From Eledone cirrhosa (taxonomy: Eukaryota), in NCBI GenBank assembly GCA_964016885.1, contig OZ024752.1, forward strand, positions 6,758,001 through 6,822,000: DNA of 64,000 nucleotides, given 5' to 3'. Shown here piece after piece: positions 23,587 to 36,854 of this stretch (the stretch's first letter is position 1; every line of letters begins with the position of its first letter). The notes below the pieces were generated by a model that worked only from the letters and a program-made list of their open reading frames with translations, was not told where the DNA came from and ran no database searches. Made by a program: the position numbers and the translations under genes.

Positions 23587-24652
23587 CACACACACACATA
23601 TATATATATACACACACACACACATATATATATACATACATTTATATATCTGCACACGTGTAAATACATACATGTGCATATATGATGATATATATATATA
23701 TATATAACATCATCACCATTTTATATATATATATATACATACAAACATATACATATATATATGCACATGTATATATTTACACACATGTACAGATGTGGAC
23801 ACACAGACACGTGCACATGTATATATTTACACACATGAACAGACATGGACACAGACAAACACACACAGCAACCAGCTGTTAAAGGAACATGTAGAGAGAC
23901 ACACATGTAGAGACATGTAGAGACGCGGATACATGGACACACACAGACACACACATGTACACAGACACACACATGTAGAGAGTCCAACACAGACACACCC
24001 ACATGTAGAGACATGGACACATGGACACACAGACACACACACAGACACACACATGTAGATAGTCCAACACAGACACACCCACATGTGGACACATGGACAC
24101 ACAGACACACACACAGACACACACATGTAGAGAGTCCAACACAGACACACCCACATGTAGAGACATGGACACATGGACACACAGACACACACACAGACAC
24201 ACACATGTAGATAGTCCAACACAGACACACCCACATGTGGACACATGGACACACAGACACAGACACACACACATGGACACACACACATATGTACACAGAC
24301 ACACACACATGGACACACACACACACACACATGTACACAGACACACACACATGGACACAGACACACACACATGGACACACAGACACACACATGTAGATAG
24401 TCCAAGACAGACACACCCACATGTAGAGACATGGACACATGGACACACAGACACCACACACATGGACACACACAGACACACACATGTAGATAGTCCAACA
24501 CAGACACACCCACATGTAGATAGTCCAACACAGACACATGTAGAGACATGGACACAGAGACACACACATGGACACACACACACACACATATGTACACACA
24601 CACACACACATGTACACAGACACACACATGTAGATAGTCCAACACAGACACA
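23130..24652. repeat. TA/CA microsatellites and a CA-rich minisatellite (ACATGTAGATAGTCCAACACAGAC motif)
   Basis: Direct reading. Confidence 0.9.
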
Positions 24653-24774
24653 GCAATCAGCTGTTAAATGTTGATCAAGTCTCCCCCCCAGAAATATTCC
24701 AGTTTCACTAAGCTTACCTTTCAGTATTTTCTTTCTAAAACATGACACTAATACTTTTTTCCTGAAAGAAAACA

Positions 24775-25336
24775 TGGTGGTAATATATCTCCTATGGTAC
24801 CTGGTCAGGTAATATATCTCCTATGGTACCTGGTCTGGTGGTAATATATCTCCTATGGTACCTGGTCTGGTGGTAATATATCTCCTATGGTACCTGGTCT
24901 GGTGGTAATATATCTCCTATGGTACCTGGTCAGGTAATATATCTCCTATGGTACCTGGTCTGGTGGTAATATATCTCCTATGGTACCTGGTCTGGTGGTA
25001 ATATATCTCCTATGGTACCTGGTCTGGTGGTAATATATCTCCTATGGTACCTGGTCAGGTGGTAATATATCTCCTATGGTACCTGGTCTGGTGGTAATAT
25101 ATCTCCTATGGTACCTGGTCAGGTAAATATATCTCCTATGGTACCTGGTCAGGTAAATATATCTCCTATGGTACCTGGTCTGGTGGTAATATATCTCCTA
25201 TGGTACCTGGTCAGGTGGTAATATATCTCCTATGGTACCTGGTCTGGTGGTAATATATCTCCTATGCTACCTGGTCTGGTGGTAATATATCTCCTATGGT
25301 ACCTGGTCAGGTAAATATATCTCCTATGCTACCTGG
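24775..25336. repeat. 29-32-bp minisatellite GGTGGTAATATATCTCCTATGGTACCTGGTCT
   Basis: About 18 units. Confidence 0.95.
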
Positions 25337-25707
25337 CTTCCTCTCACACCTTTTTATTGTGTTTTATGGGGAGGATGGCAGCATCACTTGTAATTAACAG
25401 GGGAGGTAATAACAGGGAGAGAAAGGGAGAGGTGAGAGGGAGGTAATAACAGGGAGAGAGAGGGTGGAGAGGGGAGGTAATAACGGAGAGTGAGGGGGTA
25501 ATAACAGGGAGAGAGAGAGTGGGGGGGTAATAACAGGGAGAGAGAGAGGGGGAGGGAGAGAAAGATAGAGAGAGAGAAGATTGGTGGTGTGAATGTGTGG
25601 GGAGGTAATAACACAAACACATGTAGAGAGAGAGTGAGAGAAGGAGTGAGAGAGAGAAGGTGGGCTGGAGAGGGTGCTGTTAATGTGTGTGGAGGATAAT
25701 AATACAG

Positions 25708-25748
<41 letters not shown>

Positions 25749-26287
25749 GAGTGAGAGAGTGTGTATGTGTGAGAGAAAAGGTGGGTACTGTTTATGTGTG
25801 AGAGGGGGGCAGAGGTGATTTAGGGGGTGGGAAGGAGCAAAAAGGGAGAAATATTAAAACTATAAAGAATGGGGGGGGGGGGGGCGGATAAGTAATGAGG
25901 GAGCCCTGACTAGGAGTAGGGGTCTTAATGAGAGGCGGGGTAAGGAAGAACAAGAGAGAGGGTAGTTCTGAGAGAGGGGGAGATGGGACTAGAGAGAGGG
26001 TAGTTCTAATGAGAGAGGGGGAGATAGGAATAGAGAGAAGGTGGGAAAGGAGCAACGAGGGGGAGAGAGAGGGGGGAGAGGGAAGACTAGCATGAAGGAG
26101 GAGGAGGGGAAGGTAGAAATCCCAGGAGAATAGATGAAGGTAATAAAAGAGGAGGAGTATGTGAATGTAAAGTCAATTATGGGTAGAAGCTACCTGAGAG
26201 TACACTAGTGCACAGTGGAAGCTGACACTCTGGGAGGTACTAAAGTACAATAGAAGTACATTAGTAGAACAACAGCAGTATCGGTGG

Positions 26288-26495
26288 ATTGGCAGTTTCG
26301 GTAGAGGGTCGGATGTCATGCTTTGCCACACAGAGTTACGGCCCTTTACGGTCTGAGTTCAATTCCCGCCGAGGTTAACTTTGCCTTTCATCCTTAAAAT
26401 AAAGTATCACCTATGGTACCTGGGTCGATAAAATAAAGTACCAGTAATGTACTGGGATAATTGCTGGCCTTGTGCCAAAAGTAGAAACAATTATT
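26288..26495 (+). mobile_element. SINE family B with an internal insertion
   Basis: Consensus match with about 25 bp of extra sequence at 26396-26423. Confidence 0.8.
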
Positions 26496-26805
26496 GGAAC
26501 AACAATTGTAATGAACAGGTTTAACATCAAAACACTGATATAGATCCTTAGCTCCTTTCATACCAAACTAACAGAAATTCTTCTTGGTTTGGTTCTATAA
26601 AGACATCTCTCTTCAGTGTTCATATATAAAGTTAACTCTCAGAATCCATCAATCCAACCCATGGCAGCTTGGAAAGCAGACATAAAATGATGGTCCTTAA
26701 GTAAGCCATTTGCAAAATGACAAAAGTGCTTTGACATCTAGCAAAGAAGAGTTCCACAACAAAGGGAGATAAGGGCGAGCCTGTATGAGTCGTATTCCCC
26801 TAGAC

Positions 26806-27096
26806 CAGTCATGGGCAACCTGCAGCCTGCAAAGCTTTCTGAATGGCTCGCCTAAGTCACCTAACTGAAATCTTTCTGATATTTTTACCCCAACTTTTCA
26901 GTTGTAATTTATCTTTCTATCATTTTTACGATCGAGGAAAACAACGTGTACGAATTCTGAAGAAACAAATCAAAACAACCTGAGTTACCGCCCTTTTTTT
27001 TAATAAGGGCACGAATGTAAATTAGCGCTTGCGGCCCGCCTGATGATGAGCCATATCTCATGTGGTCCGCTTCTAGAAAAAGGTTGCCTATGTCTG
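26806..27096. mobile_element. hAT-Charlie-like MITE
   Basis: TIRs CAGTCATGGGCAACCT / AGGTTGCCTATGTCTG; GCGGCCCG subterminal motif; 8-bp flanks CCCTAGAC / GTCTAGAT fit the NTCTAGAN target. Confidence 0.75.
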
Positions 27097-27424
27097 GTCT
27101 AGATGGTGATTATCTTTTTATAGCAGGAGAGAGAGAGAAAGAAAGAGGACTGTAAAATGCACCCAGTACACTCAGTAAAGAGGTTGGTGAGAGGAAGGGC
27201 AACAAGCCATAAAATTCATGAGAGGAGTCTTCAAACACACAACCACCTTTCTAGTACTGGTTGGTGACACAACAAATACATTCACCCTGTAAGGTGGTTG
27301 GCAATAAGAAAGGTATCCAGCTGTAGATACCACACCAAAGGTTGAGAGGACTGTTCAGTTGTGTGATCTGCACAACCTCTTCAGTACTATGTCGCAATAA
27401 AATGAACCTAGTCATCATCCCCCT

Positions 27425-27690
27425 CATCATCATCGTTTAACGTCCATCTTCCACGCTAGCATGGGTTAGACGGGAATTGTCCCACTTGAAGGTAAGATTG
27501 GTCAGGTGACAGTATTTCGCTCGTATAGGACTGTCTGGCAGGTTTTCTACGACTGGATGCCCTTCCTAACACCAACCACATTTACAGTGTGGACTGGGAA
27601 CTTTTTACCATGTTAGCTACACGACCACATTACAGCGTGGACTGTGTGGATTTTTTTTTTTGTCGTGACACCTAGATGACCTCATTAGTT
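27425..27690 (-). mobile_element. SINE family A
   Basis: Reverse complement of 360-663. Confidence 0.85.
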
Positions 27691-28736
27691 TGGACTGGAT
27701 CTAGTAAAGTGGTTGGCACTATGAAGGCCATCGAGCCATAGAAACCACACCAAATATGGAATGTAACAGCGAGATGTGATGTGTTATTTCTGACATGTAT
27801 GAAACTTAAACCAGTAAATTCAACAATTTTGTTGAGAATATTTGTCCAGACATGATGAAATATGAAATATAAAATATATTTCCTGGTATCATTATTATTC
27901 AAAATAAATTTTTCTTTAGATTTAAAACTTTAATTAAATATTCTATTGAAAATCACTTTTGTTAACAACAACAACAATTAAATTAGACAATTTTTGGTTT
28001 TTAGACAATTTAAGTTCCTTCTGAATATTTATTTGTTTGTTTGTATTTCAAATCAAATTAATTTTGTTTAGAGATCAAATTAATTTAAAATCCCACATTT
28101 AATAGAAAAAAAAAATATTTAAAACTAAACAGTCCTTCACAATATCATGAAAGTCTTCCAAAACGTGAAGAGAAATGATATTAGTCAAAGATTGATATTT
28201 TCTTGTTTAAAAGAAACTGATGATAAAATGTCTGGAAATATTGGAGAAAGACACAACACAGAAGGATGGAATATATTGAAAAGATTTCATCATCATCATC
28301 GTTTAACGTCCATCTTCCATGCTAGCATGGTTTATCATCATTTAACATCCTGGACTGGGTTGGATAGGTTTTCATAGACCAAGTCAGTACTTAGACCAAG
28401 AGCTATGTCTCGCATACATGTGACAATCTTTAAAAAAAAAACACCTAATCCACTCTGTAAAGTGAAAGTGTTGCAGATGATAGTGAGACTAAGATATTGG
28501 AATAGCTAGGTACCCACATGAGCATCACCTGATAGTTTAAAAAGGCAAGCCTCCAAAAATAACAAAAGACCTCATTGCTAGCAGCCCGGCTCCTCTGAAT
28601 GTCTTGAATGTCAGTCTGAAAAATGACATAAACCAATAAACCACAGTAATTCTTGTTTAGTGTATTGCTACTGAATCTAATTGGAGCTCATTTTCCCAAA
28701 TTAATGCCGTGCTGCATCAAAACAAAATTTAATTTC

Positions 28737-29230
28737 CCCTTTAGCATTTAAACCAGCCATATCCAGCCAGAATTCTCACACCTCTTTCTGTTCAAACCGG
28801 CTGTAACTTGCTACTTATACTGACGTTAAGGTACTGTTCTCAAAATAAATAATATCAAAATCTCATAGATTCGATATTATGAGAGATATTATGAGGTAAA
28901 GCCTCAAAAATATAATAGTATATATAGAGTAATGTAAATGTTATGAGATATTATGTGAGGTAAAGCCTTTACTGTGACAATACAATAGTATATATAGAGT
29001 AATGTAAATGTTATGAGATATTATGTGAGGTAAAGCCTTTACTGTGACAATACAATAGTATATATAGAGTAATGTAAATGTTATGAGATATTATGTGAGG
29101 TAAAGCCTTTACTGTGACAATACAATAGTATATATAGAGTAATGTAAATGTTATGTGAGATATTATGTGAGATAAAGCCTTTACCACAAAAATACAGAAG
29201 TAAATATAAAGTAATGTAAATTTTAAAGGG
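28737..29230 (+). mobile_element. MITE M1 with about 5 tandem units
   Basis: CCCTTTAGCATTTAAACC...TAAATTTTAAAGGG. Confidence 0.85.
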
Positions 29231-29407
29231 TTTAAACAGAATAATGTTCTGAAGATCATCATTGTCATTTGAAGTCCGCTTTCTACGCTAGCATTGATTG
29301 GATCGCAAGTGATGAACCAAGACCAGATGGATGGGAACAATATATCTGCCATATAGCTGATGATGATGATGATGGTGATGGTGGTGGTGATGATAATAAT
29401 AATGATT

Positions 29408-29610
29408 TCTAGTATAGGCACAAGGCCAGTAATTTTGGGGAGGGGAAAGTTGATTAAATCAACCCCAGTATGTTACTGGAACTTTATTTTATCAACCCCA
29501 TAAGGGTGAAAGGCAAAGTTAACCTCGGTGGGATTTGAACTCAGATCATAAAGGGCCATAACTCTATGTTGCAAAGCATGTTGTCCGACCCTCTTCCGAT
29601 ACTGCCAATT
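29408..29610 (-). mobile_element. SINE family B, long variant
   Basis: Consensus match on minus. Confidence 0.8.
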
Positions 29611-29955
29611 CACCACACTTATAATAGATAAAGATAGGGCAAATGAGGATGTTGCGTTGTAATATATTGTAGGAACTGATTCAAAGAAATAATAATATTC
29701 TAAAACAAACAATAAACAATAAATAGAGCAGCAAAATAACAGACATGTAATTACAAGAGGTTAGAACAACAGGAATTCTTAACTACTAGAATCATGTATC
29801 TTAAAATAGAAAATTGGTTTACTGGCACCAACATGACATCCCATTTCTTTAACTCTTCTTTTACTATATTACTAATGAAAGACACTGGTTATGGTTTTGA
29901 AAAGAATCGAGAATTTGAAAGGATTTAGTAATATAACAAACTTTCTCATTATTAA

Positions 29956-31441
29956 CTCTTTACCATTTACATTACTCTATATATACTATTGTATTTTCAC
30001 AGTAAAGGCTTTACCTCTCATAATATCTCACATAACATTTACATTACTCTATATATACTATTGTATTTTCACAGTAAAGGCTTTACCTCACATAATATCT
30101 CACATAACATTTACATTACTCTATATATACTATTGTATTTTCACAGTAAAGGTTTTACCCCACATAATATCTCACATACCATTTACATTACTCTATATAT
30201 ACTATTGTATTTTCACAGTAAAGGCTTTACCTCTCATAATATCTCACATAACATTTACATTACTCTATATATACTATTGTATTTTCACAGTAAAGGCTTT
30301 ACCTCTCATAATATCTCACATAACATTTACATTACTCTGTATATACTATTGTATTGTCACAGTAAAGTCTTTACCTCCCATAATATCTCACATAACATTT
30401 ACATTACTCTATATATACTATTGTATTTTCACAGTAAAGGCTTTACCTCACATAACATTTACATTACTCTATATATACTATTGTATTTTCACAGTAAAGG
30501 CTTTACCTCACATAATATCTCGCATAACATTTACATTACTCTATATATACTATTGTATTTTCACAGTAAAGGCTTTACCTCACATAATATCTCACATAAC
30601 ATTTACATTACTCTATATATACTATTGTATTTTCACAGTAAAGGCTTTACCTCACATAATATCTCACATAACATTTACATTACTCTATATATACTATTGT
30701 ATTGTCACAGTAAAGGCTTTACCTCACATAATATACCACATAACATTTACATTACTCTATATATACTATTGTATTTTCACAGTAAAGGCTTTACCTCACA
30801 TAATATCTCGCATAACATTTACATTACTCTATATATACTATTGTATTTTCACAGTAAAGGCTTTACCTCACATAATATCTCACATAACATTTACATTACT
30901 CTATATATACTATTGTATTTTCACAGTAAAGGCTTTACCTCACATAATATCTCACATAACATTTACATTACTCTATATATACTATTATATTTTCACAGTA
31001 AAGGCTTTACCTCACATAATATCTCACATAACATTTACATTACTCTATATATATACTATTGTATTGTCACAGTAAAGGCTTTACCTCACATAATATCTCA
31101 CATAACATTTACATTACTCTATATATACTATTGTATTTTCACAGTAAAGGCTTTACCTCACATAATATCTCACATAACATTTACATTACTCTATATATAC
31201 TATTGTATTGTCACAGTAAAGGCTTTACCTCACATAATATACCACATAACATTTACATTACTCTATATATATACTATTGTATTTTCACAGTAAAGGCTTT
31301 ACCTCACATAATATTAAATCTATGAGATTTGAATATTATTTATTTGGAAACAATACCTTAATGTAGGTATGAGTGGCTAGTTACAGCCGGTTTGAACAGA
31401 AAAAGGTGAGAGAATTCTGGCCAGACACGGCCGGTTTAAAT
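29956..31441 (-). mobile_element. MITE M1 with about 19 tandem 72-bp units, nested in an M2 element
   Basis: TTAA|CTCTTTACCATTTAC...CCGGTTTAAAT; the far terminus is eroded. Flanks 29848-29955 and 31455-31480 resemble M2. Confidence 0.85.
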
Positions 31442-32166
31442 TAGATTAAGTCTTAAGCAGTTTGGTACCAAAAGGGTTCAGTATCAAAACCTTTTGTACT
31501 CAAACCCTATATTCTTCATCTAACTTTACATTCTGGTTCTTTCCTAAGTTCATTTCTATACAAGCCATAACTTGTAGAGACTTTTAGAGGAGACAATCAA
31601 CTCTTATTTGGTCATTATTGGTGAAGAACTGTGAGTTGAACTGACATTAATGTGAAGTTGGAAATAAATTGATGTTGATATCCTTCGTGAAAGCAGTAAC
31701 ATTTCTCAAATCACATAAAATATATTATATACTAGTTGGTGGTGTACTTGTCTGGCAAGAGACTTCACTTGAGACACTGTGGTGAAATTATAGCAATTAC
31801 TGTGTATACTCAAATATAAGTCTACAACCGATTACTTTATATCTGAGAAATAGGCAAAAAACCTAACCCCTTGTATAAGCTGAGTTAGGCAATCAACAGA
31901 TGTTTAGATGGGCAGTTTTGAAATTCTCATGAGTGGGGAATAGATTTATGAAGTTTTAATATTTTGATATTTAAAATGTTTTAAGTGTTGTTTAGGGTAT
32001 AGTTTTTGTTTCACAACTCCTGGAGCAGTTCAGGTTTGGCGGGCCCCTTATATAATGTATGCATGCACTGAAACAGTTCCAGTCCTGTAGAAGCCATTTC
32101 TATATTAAACATTTATACTCTGCTATATATTGAATACCTTACTGTGGTTACCCCCGATTGAACCAA

Positions 32167-32213
<47 letters not shown>

Positions 32214-32254
32214 CGAAACATAAGTCAATTGCATGAACTCATAATCCTTTATTT

Positions 32255-32312
32255 ACTGCTATATATATATTTCGATGATAGCCATTGAATGGCTATGACC
32301 TCATCAGGCAGT
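32255..32312 (-). ncRNA. Type I hammerhead ribozyme motif
   Basis: Minus strand: ACUGC CUGAUGA GGUCAUAGCCA UUCAA UGGCUAUCAUC GAAA UAUAUAUA UA GCAGU. Confidence 0.8.
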
Positions 32313-32560
32313 TAGTCAGTTCTTAGATATGCCAGCTCTGTGTTTATAGTGTTGATGGTATCAGAGCCTTGGGACATATGAGCTTGTTAGGTAGGAATAA
32401 TTTAATGTTGTCAGCAGGAATAGTCTTGATTCTCATTGGTCAGTTTGTAGATGGTAGTAGGGTTGGTATTTGACCTCAAAGAGGCAGGTGGTGTTCAAAC
32501 CATCAGGCAAGATGACAATAGTTCCATATGACTGATTTTCACAAAAGGCATTCCTGGTCA
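32255..32560 (-). mobile_element. Penelope-like element 3' relic
   Basis: Minus-strand translation ..GTIVILPDGLN.. resembles the C-terminal PxGLN motif of PLE GIY-YIG domains. It lies about 180 bp upstream of a hammerhead and a (TA)n flank. Confidence 0.5.
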
Positions 32561-32979
32561 GATATATATTCATATATATATATTTAGTGTGTGTCTGTGT
32601 GTGTGTATATATAGTAAAAGTGAATCAGTGAATTACTGGTGGTGGTACCAATATGAGCACTCGATGCACAGGCAGAGCATATATAATAAGGAGAGAGAGA
32701 GGGGGGGGTCCGGAAGAGAAGGGGGGGGGGTTGATGTGTGAGGCCTGAGGCATAACAATTCTAGCCCTGTATATGACGGACTGTGAGATAAATGGTTAAG
32801 ATTGTTTTGTGAAATCAATCAGAATGTAGGAATTACAGGAGTGAAAAGTAGAGTAAAGTAAGGAAAACAAAATAAACCAGAAATAGAAATATGGTTGAGG
32901 GGTTAAAGGGTTCTGTTGATAACTACGGGTGTTGTGGGTTGACTGTACTAGTGTCAGGGGGATTAATACTTGCAAGATG

Positions 32980-33373
32980 GTGCCTCAGCATGGCCACAGT
33001 CTAATGACTGAAACAAGTAAAAGAAAGTAGTGCCCCAGCATGGCCACAGTCTAATGACTTAAACCAGTAAAAGAAAGTAGTGCCCCAGCATGGCCACAGT
33101 CAAATGACTGAAACAAGTAAAAGAAGGTAGTGCCCCAGCATGGCCACAGTCTAATGGCTGAAACAAGTAAAAGAAGGTAGTGCCCCAGCATGGCCACAGT
33201 CAAATGACTGAAACAAGTAAAAGAGGGTAGTGCCCCAGCATGGCCACAGTCTAATGACTTAAACCGGTAAAAGAAAGTAGTGCCCCAGCATGGCCACAAT
33301 CTAATGACTGAAACAAGTAAAAGAAGGTAGTGCCCCAGCATGGCCACAGTCTAATGACTGAAACAAGTAAAAG
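32980..33373 (+). repeat. 50-bp minisatellite TGCCCCAGCATGGCCACAGTCTAATGACTGAAACAAGTAAAAGAAGGTAG
   Basis: 8 units. Single dispersed relatives at about 34068-34120 (minus) and 36190-36228. Confidence 0.9.
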
Positions 33374-34094
33374 AGTTGATCAATTTTACATCTAATAACA
33401 GAAAGCTGGGCAGACCAGAAACTCCAGGACCTCACAATCTTCTTATAATGAAGTCCATCTTCCTTAAAATCCCTCTTCAATGAAATCCCTCTATCTCTCT
33501 TCCTCCTCTGACTAAATTCCTTATCTTTTTCATCTCTCACTCACTGATTTTAGCAGAACCTAACCACACCAAAAATATCTTGTTGTTTTATTTAGTATGA
33601 TGTAGGGTGAAGAAGTCATCCACAATCTGGAATCCTCATGTAAGCTAAATCACAACTGAACTATTTTTACATTTCCATTTTTGAAAAAAAAAAAAAAAAC
33701 CCTGCAGATAATGTGAATGTGAGGCAATAAAAATATGGAAGATACTTGCAGGGTGCAACTGAGCAAAGAGAAGCTCAACATGATAGATTGAAGGTTTAGT
33801 TTTGAGGGTTCATTAGCACAGTAGGGGCTGAACGTTAATTGAATAACCAGACCGCAATTGCTCATTTTAAAACATATTCCAGTAACAAAAAAATAAAAAC
33901 ATTGATTTTTGTTTTTTTGGTTAGTGTCTTAACATTGTTGTTTTCACCATATTTACATCGTGGAATAAATACAGATGCTGGCATTGAAAATAATTGAATT
34001 TGCTTTAAAAAGACTAAAGATGTGGAAATGTTTCAAAGAACTGTCTGGTTTGGTAACGTTAGTTTAGTCTTTTACTGATTTTCGTCATCAGACT

Positions 34095-34555
34095 GTAACC
34101 ATGCTGGGCACTGCCTTGAAAGAACCTAAGTTGATCATACTGACAGAATCTGGCCTTGCTGGGGCACTGCCTTGAAAGAACCTAAGTTGATCATACTGAC
34201 AGAATCTGGCCATGCTGGGGCACTGCGTTGAAATGATCTAAGTTGATCATATTGACAGAATCTGGCCTTGCTGGGGCACTGCCTTGAAATGATCTAAATA
34301 GATTATATTGTCAGAATGTGGCCATGCTGGGGCACACTGACTTGAAAGGATCTAAGTTGATTATATTGACAGAATTAGTTAACTATTATAGTTATAATGG
34401 TTTGACCAGTCCACCCATATTCTTGTGGGTCACAGAGAAAGTTAAATGACCAGTCCACCCATATTCTTGTGGGCCACAGAGAAAGTTAAATGAGCAGTCC
34501 ACCCATATTCTTGTGGGTCACAGAGAAAGTTAAATGACCAGTCCACCCATATTCA
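34095..34555. repeat. Two small minisatellites (~56 bp x5 and ~44 bp x3.5)
   Basis: GCTGGGGCACTGCCTTGAAA..CTAAGTTGATCATA.TGACAGAATCTGGCC and GACCAGTCCACCCATATTCTTGTGGGTCACAGAGAAAGTTAAAT. Confidence 0.85.
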
Positions 34556-35379
34556 AAAGAAGCCTCTGACTATCATATACCAGAAAATCAATGGTATACT
34601 TGTATTGTGATGTCAGTATAAGAGAGTCAAGCAGGTTTTTGATCTTGTAAAATATTCTTCTATTCCTCGGTTCATTATACCACTCCTGAGCAGAAGTACA
34701 GTTGATATACGTGTGTGGGTCAAAAGTACAATAAAGATATATTAGTTTCCTGCTTAATATAGTAGGAATAGTGATAGCGTTTCAGACACTAGTCCTTCAT
34801 CAGAAAATAGACTGAGAAATTAAAGAAGAAATAGAAAGATTGATGAGAGTGAACAGGGATAGAAACAATTAAAAATGTCTGTTAATTAAAGTATCTAAAT
34901 ATAACTTACCATCATCACTATAGTCTTCTGTTTGGGATTTGTGTAAATGTGTGAGCCTAGGATCAATCCAATCGGTAGTTTCTGTATCATGACTGTTAAC
35001 AAAACAAAGAGAATCATAAGTAAAACATTATAGAACAGCCATGAATATGTTTTGCAAGGTTTTTGGTATGAAATTGTGTGTTGAAACAAATGATAAACAT
35101 TGACAGCCAGCTGAATTATAGAAATATGAAATATATTGAAGTGAAAACCAACCCAAACCAAACAGTGAGTGTGTTTTACTATATATTTTTCTGGCAATAT
35201 AACAATATCACCCTCCCCAAATATAACAATATATAGAACATCTTAGTAAATATAAACTAACAATTCAATGAGATTGTATGGAAAACAAATTTTAATATAA
35301 AGATATGTAAAACAAACATTAAAAATATATTAACATATATAAAATATTTATCTCAAACAAAATATATGAAATAAGTGTA

Positions 35380-36038
35380 AGCTGTAGAGAAGGCAACCCA
35401 TCTTGGAGAGCTGTAACTGTTTAGCTGTAGAGAAGGCAACCCATCTTGGAGAGCTGTAACTGTGTAGCTGTAGAGAAGGCAACCCATCTTGGAGAGCAGT
35501 AACTCTGTGAAGCTGTAGAGAAGGCAACCCATCTTGGAGAGCTGTAACTGTGTAGCTGTAGAGAAGGCAACCCATCTTGGAGAGCTGTAACTGTGTAGCT
35601 GTAGAGAAGGCAACCCATCTTGGAGAGCAGTAACTTTGTGAAGCTGTAGAGAAGGCAACCCATCTTGGAGAGCAGTATCTCTGTAACTATAGAGAAGGCA
35701 ACCCATCGTGGAGAGCTGTAACTCTGTGTAGCTGTAGAGAAGGCAACCCATCTTGGAGAACTGTTACTCTGTGTAGCTGTAGAGAAGGCAACCCATCTTG
35801 GAGAGCACTAACTCTGTGTAGCTGTAGAGAAGGCAACCCATCTTGGAGAGCAGTAACTCTGTAACTATAGAGAAGGCAACCCATCGTGGAGAGCTGTAAC
35901 TCTGTGTAGCTGTAGAGAAGGCAACCCATCTTGGAGAGCTGTAACTCTGTATAGCTATAGAGAAGGCAACCCATCTTGGAGAGCAGTAACTCTGTGTAGC
36001 TGTAGAGAAGGCAACCCATCTTGGAGAGCTGTAACTCT
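35380..36038. repeat. 43-45-bp minisatellite GCTGTAGAGAAGGCAACCCATCTTGGAGAGCTGTAACTGTGTA
   Basis: About 15 units. Confidence 0.95.
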
Positions 36039-36226
36039 TGTGTAAAAACTGATACAGCCTAAAGGAGACTAAAATCTTGACAAACAACATCTCTATTGTT
36101 GGTGGTACAATAAACTGCACCCAGTTCCCTCTGTAAAGTAGATGGTGATGGGAAGAACATCCAGCAGAAAAAAATATGATCCACTAAAGGCAGTGCTCCA
36201 GTATGGCCACAGTCTAATGACTGAAA

Positions 36227-36270
<44 letters not shown>

Positions 36271-36854
36271 CAAACATACATTTCACACATTACATATATA
36301 TATATATAATAAAGAGTTGGGGACCCCATATATATTATCTACATACACTACAAATATATATATATATATATACACATTATATACATGCATACATACACAT
36401 ATGTACATGTGTGTGTGTGTGTACACTACACACACACACACATATATATGGACACAAGCAAGCATACATACATACATCCAGAGTAAGAGAAGGGAGACAG
36501 ATAGATAGAGATAGAGAAGGGCTAGAGGGTTGTCTGGTGGTTTGTAAGAAAAGGAATAAAAAGTGTAAGATTAGAAGGAAGGACAGGTTTCTATCTTCTG
36601 CTATCTCCTCCATTTTGCCATCAACTCTGACAACTGGCTGAATGATAAGATAATATTTATTAACATTGGTCTCTGGGATAACAGGCTTGGAGGGGGGGGG
36701 GGGTAGAGGGAGGGGGAGAGACATTAGTGGAGTAGTGAGATACGGGGGGGGGGGAAGTAGTGAGAGACGGGGGGGGGGGAGTAGTGAGAGAGGGGGAGAG
36801 TAGAGAAGAGGGAGGGAGGGTAGAGAGAGGGATGGAGTAGAGAGAGAGAGAGGC

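Noticed and set aside
28566-28630. Possible minus-strand micro-exon TDIQDIQRSRAASNE after TTTTTCAG
   Set aside because: The acceptor is plausible but the donor is weak, and there is no recognisable homology or partner exon.
29891-31325. 394- and 434-aa ORFs (and similar ones at 61972-63556)
   Set aside because: They are products of the 72-bp MITE satellite unit; they are open in two frames and frameshift between units.
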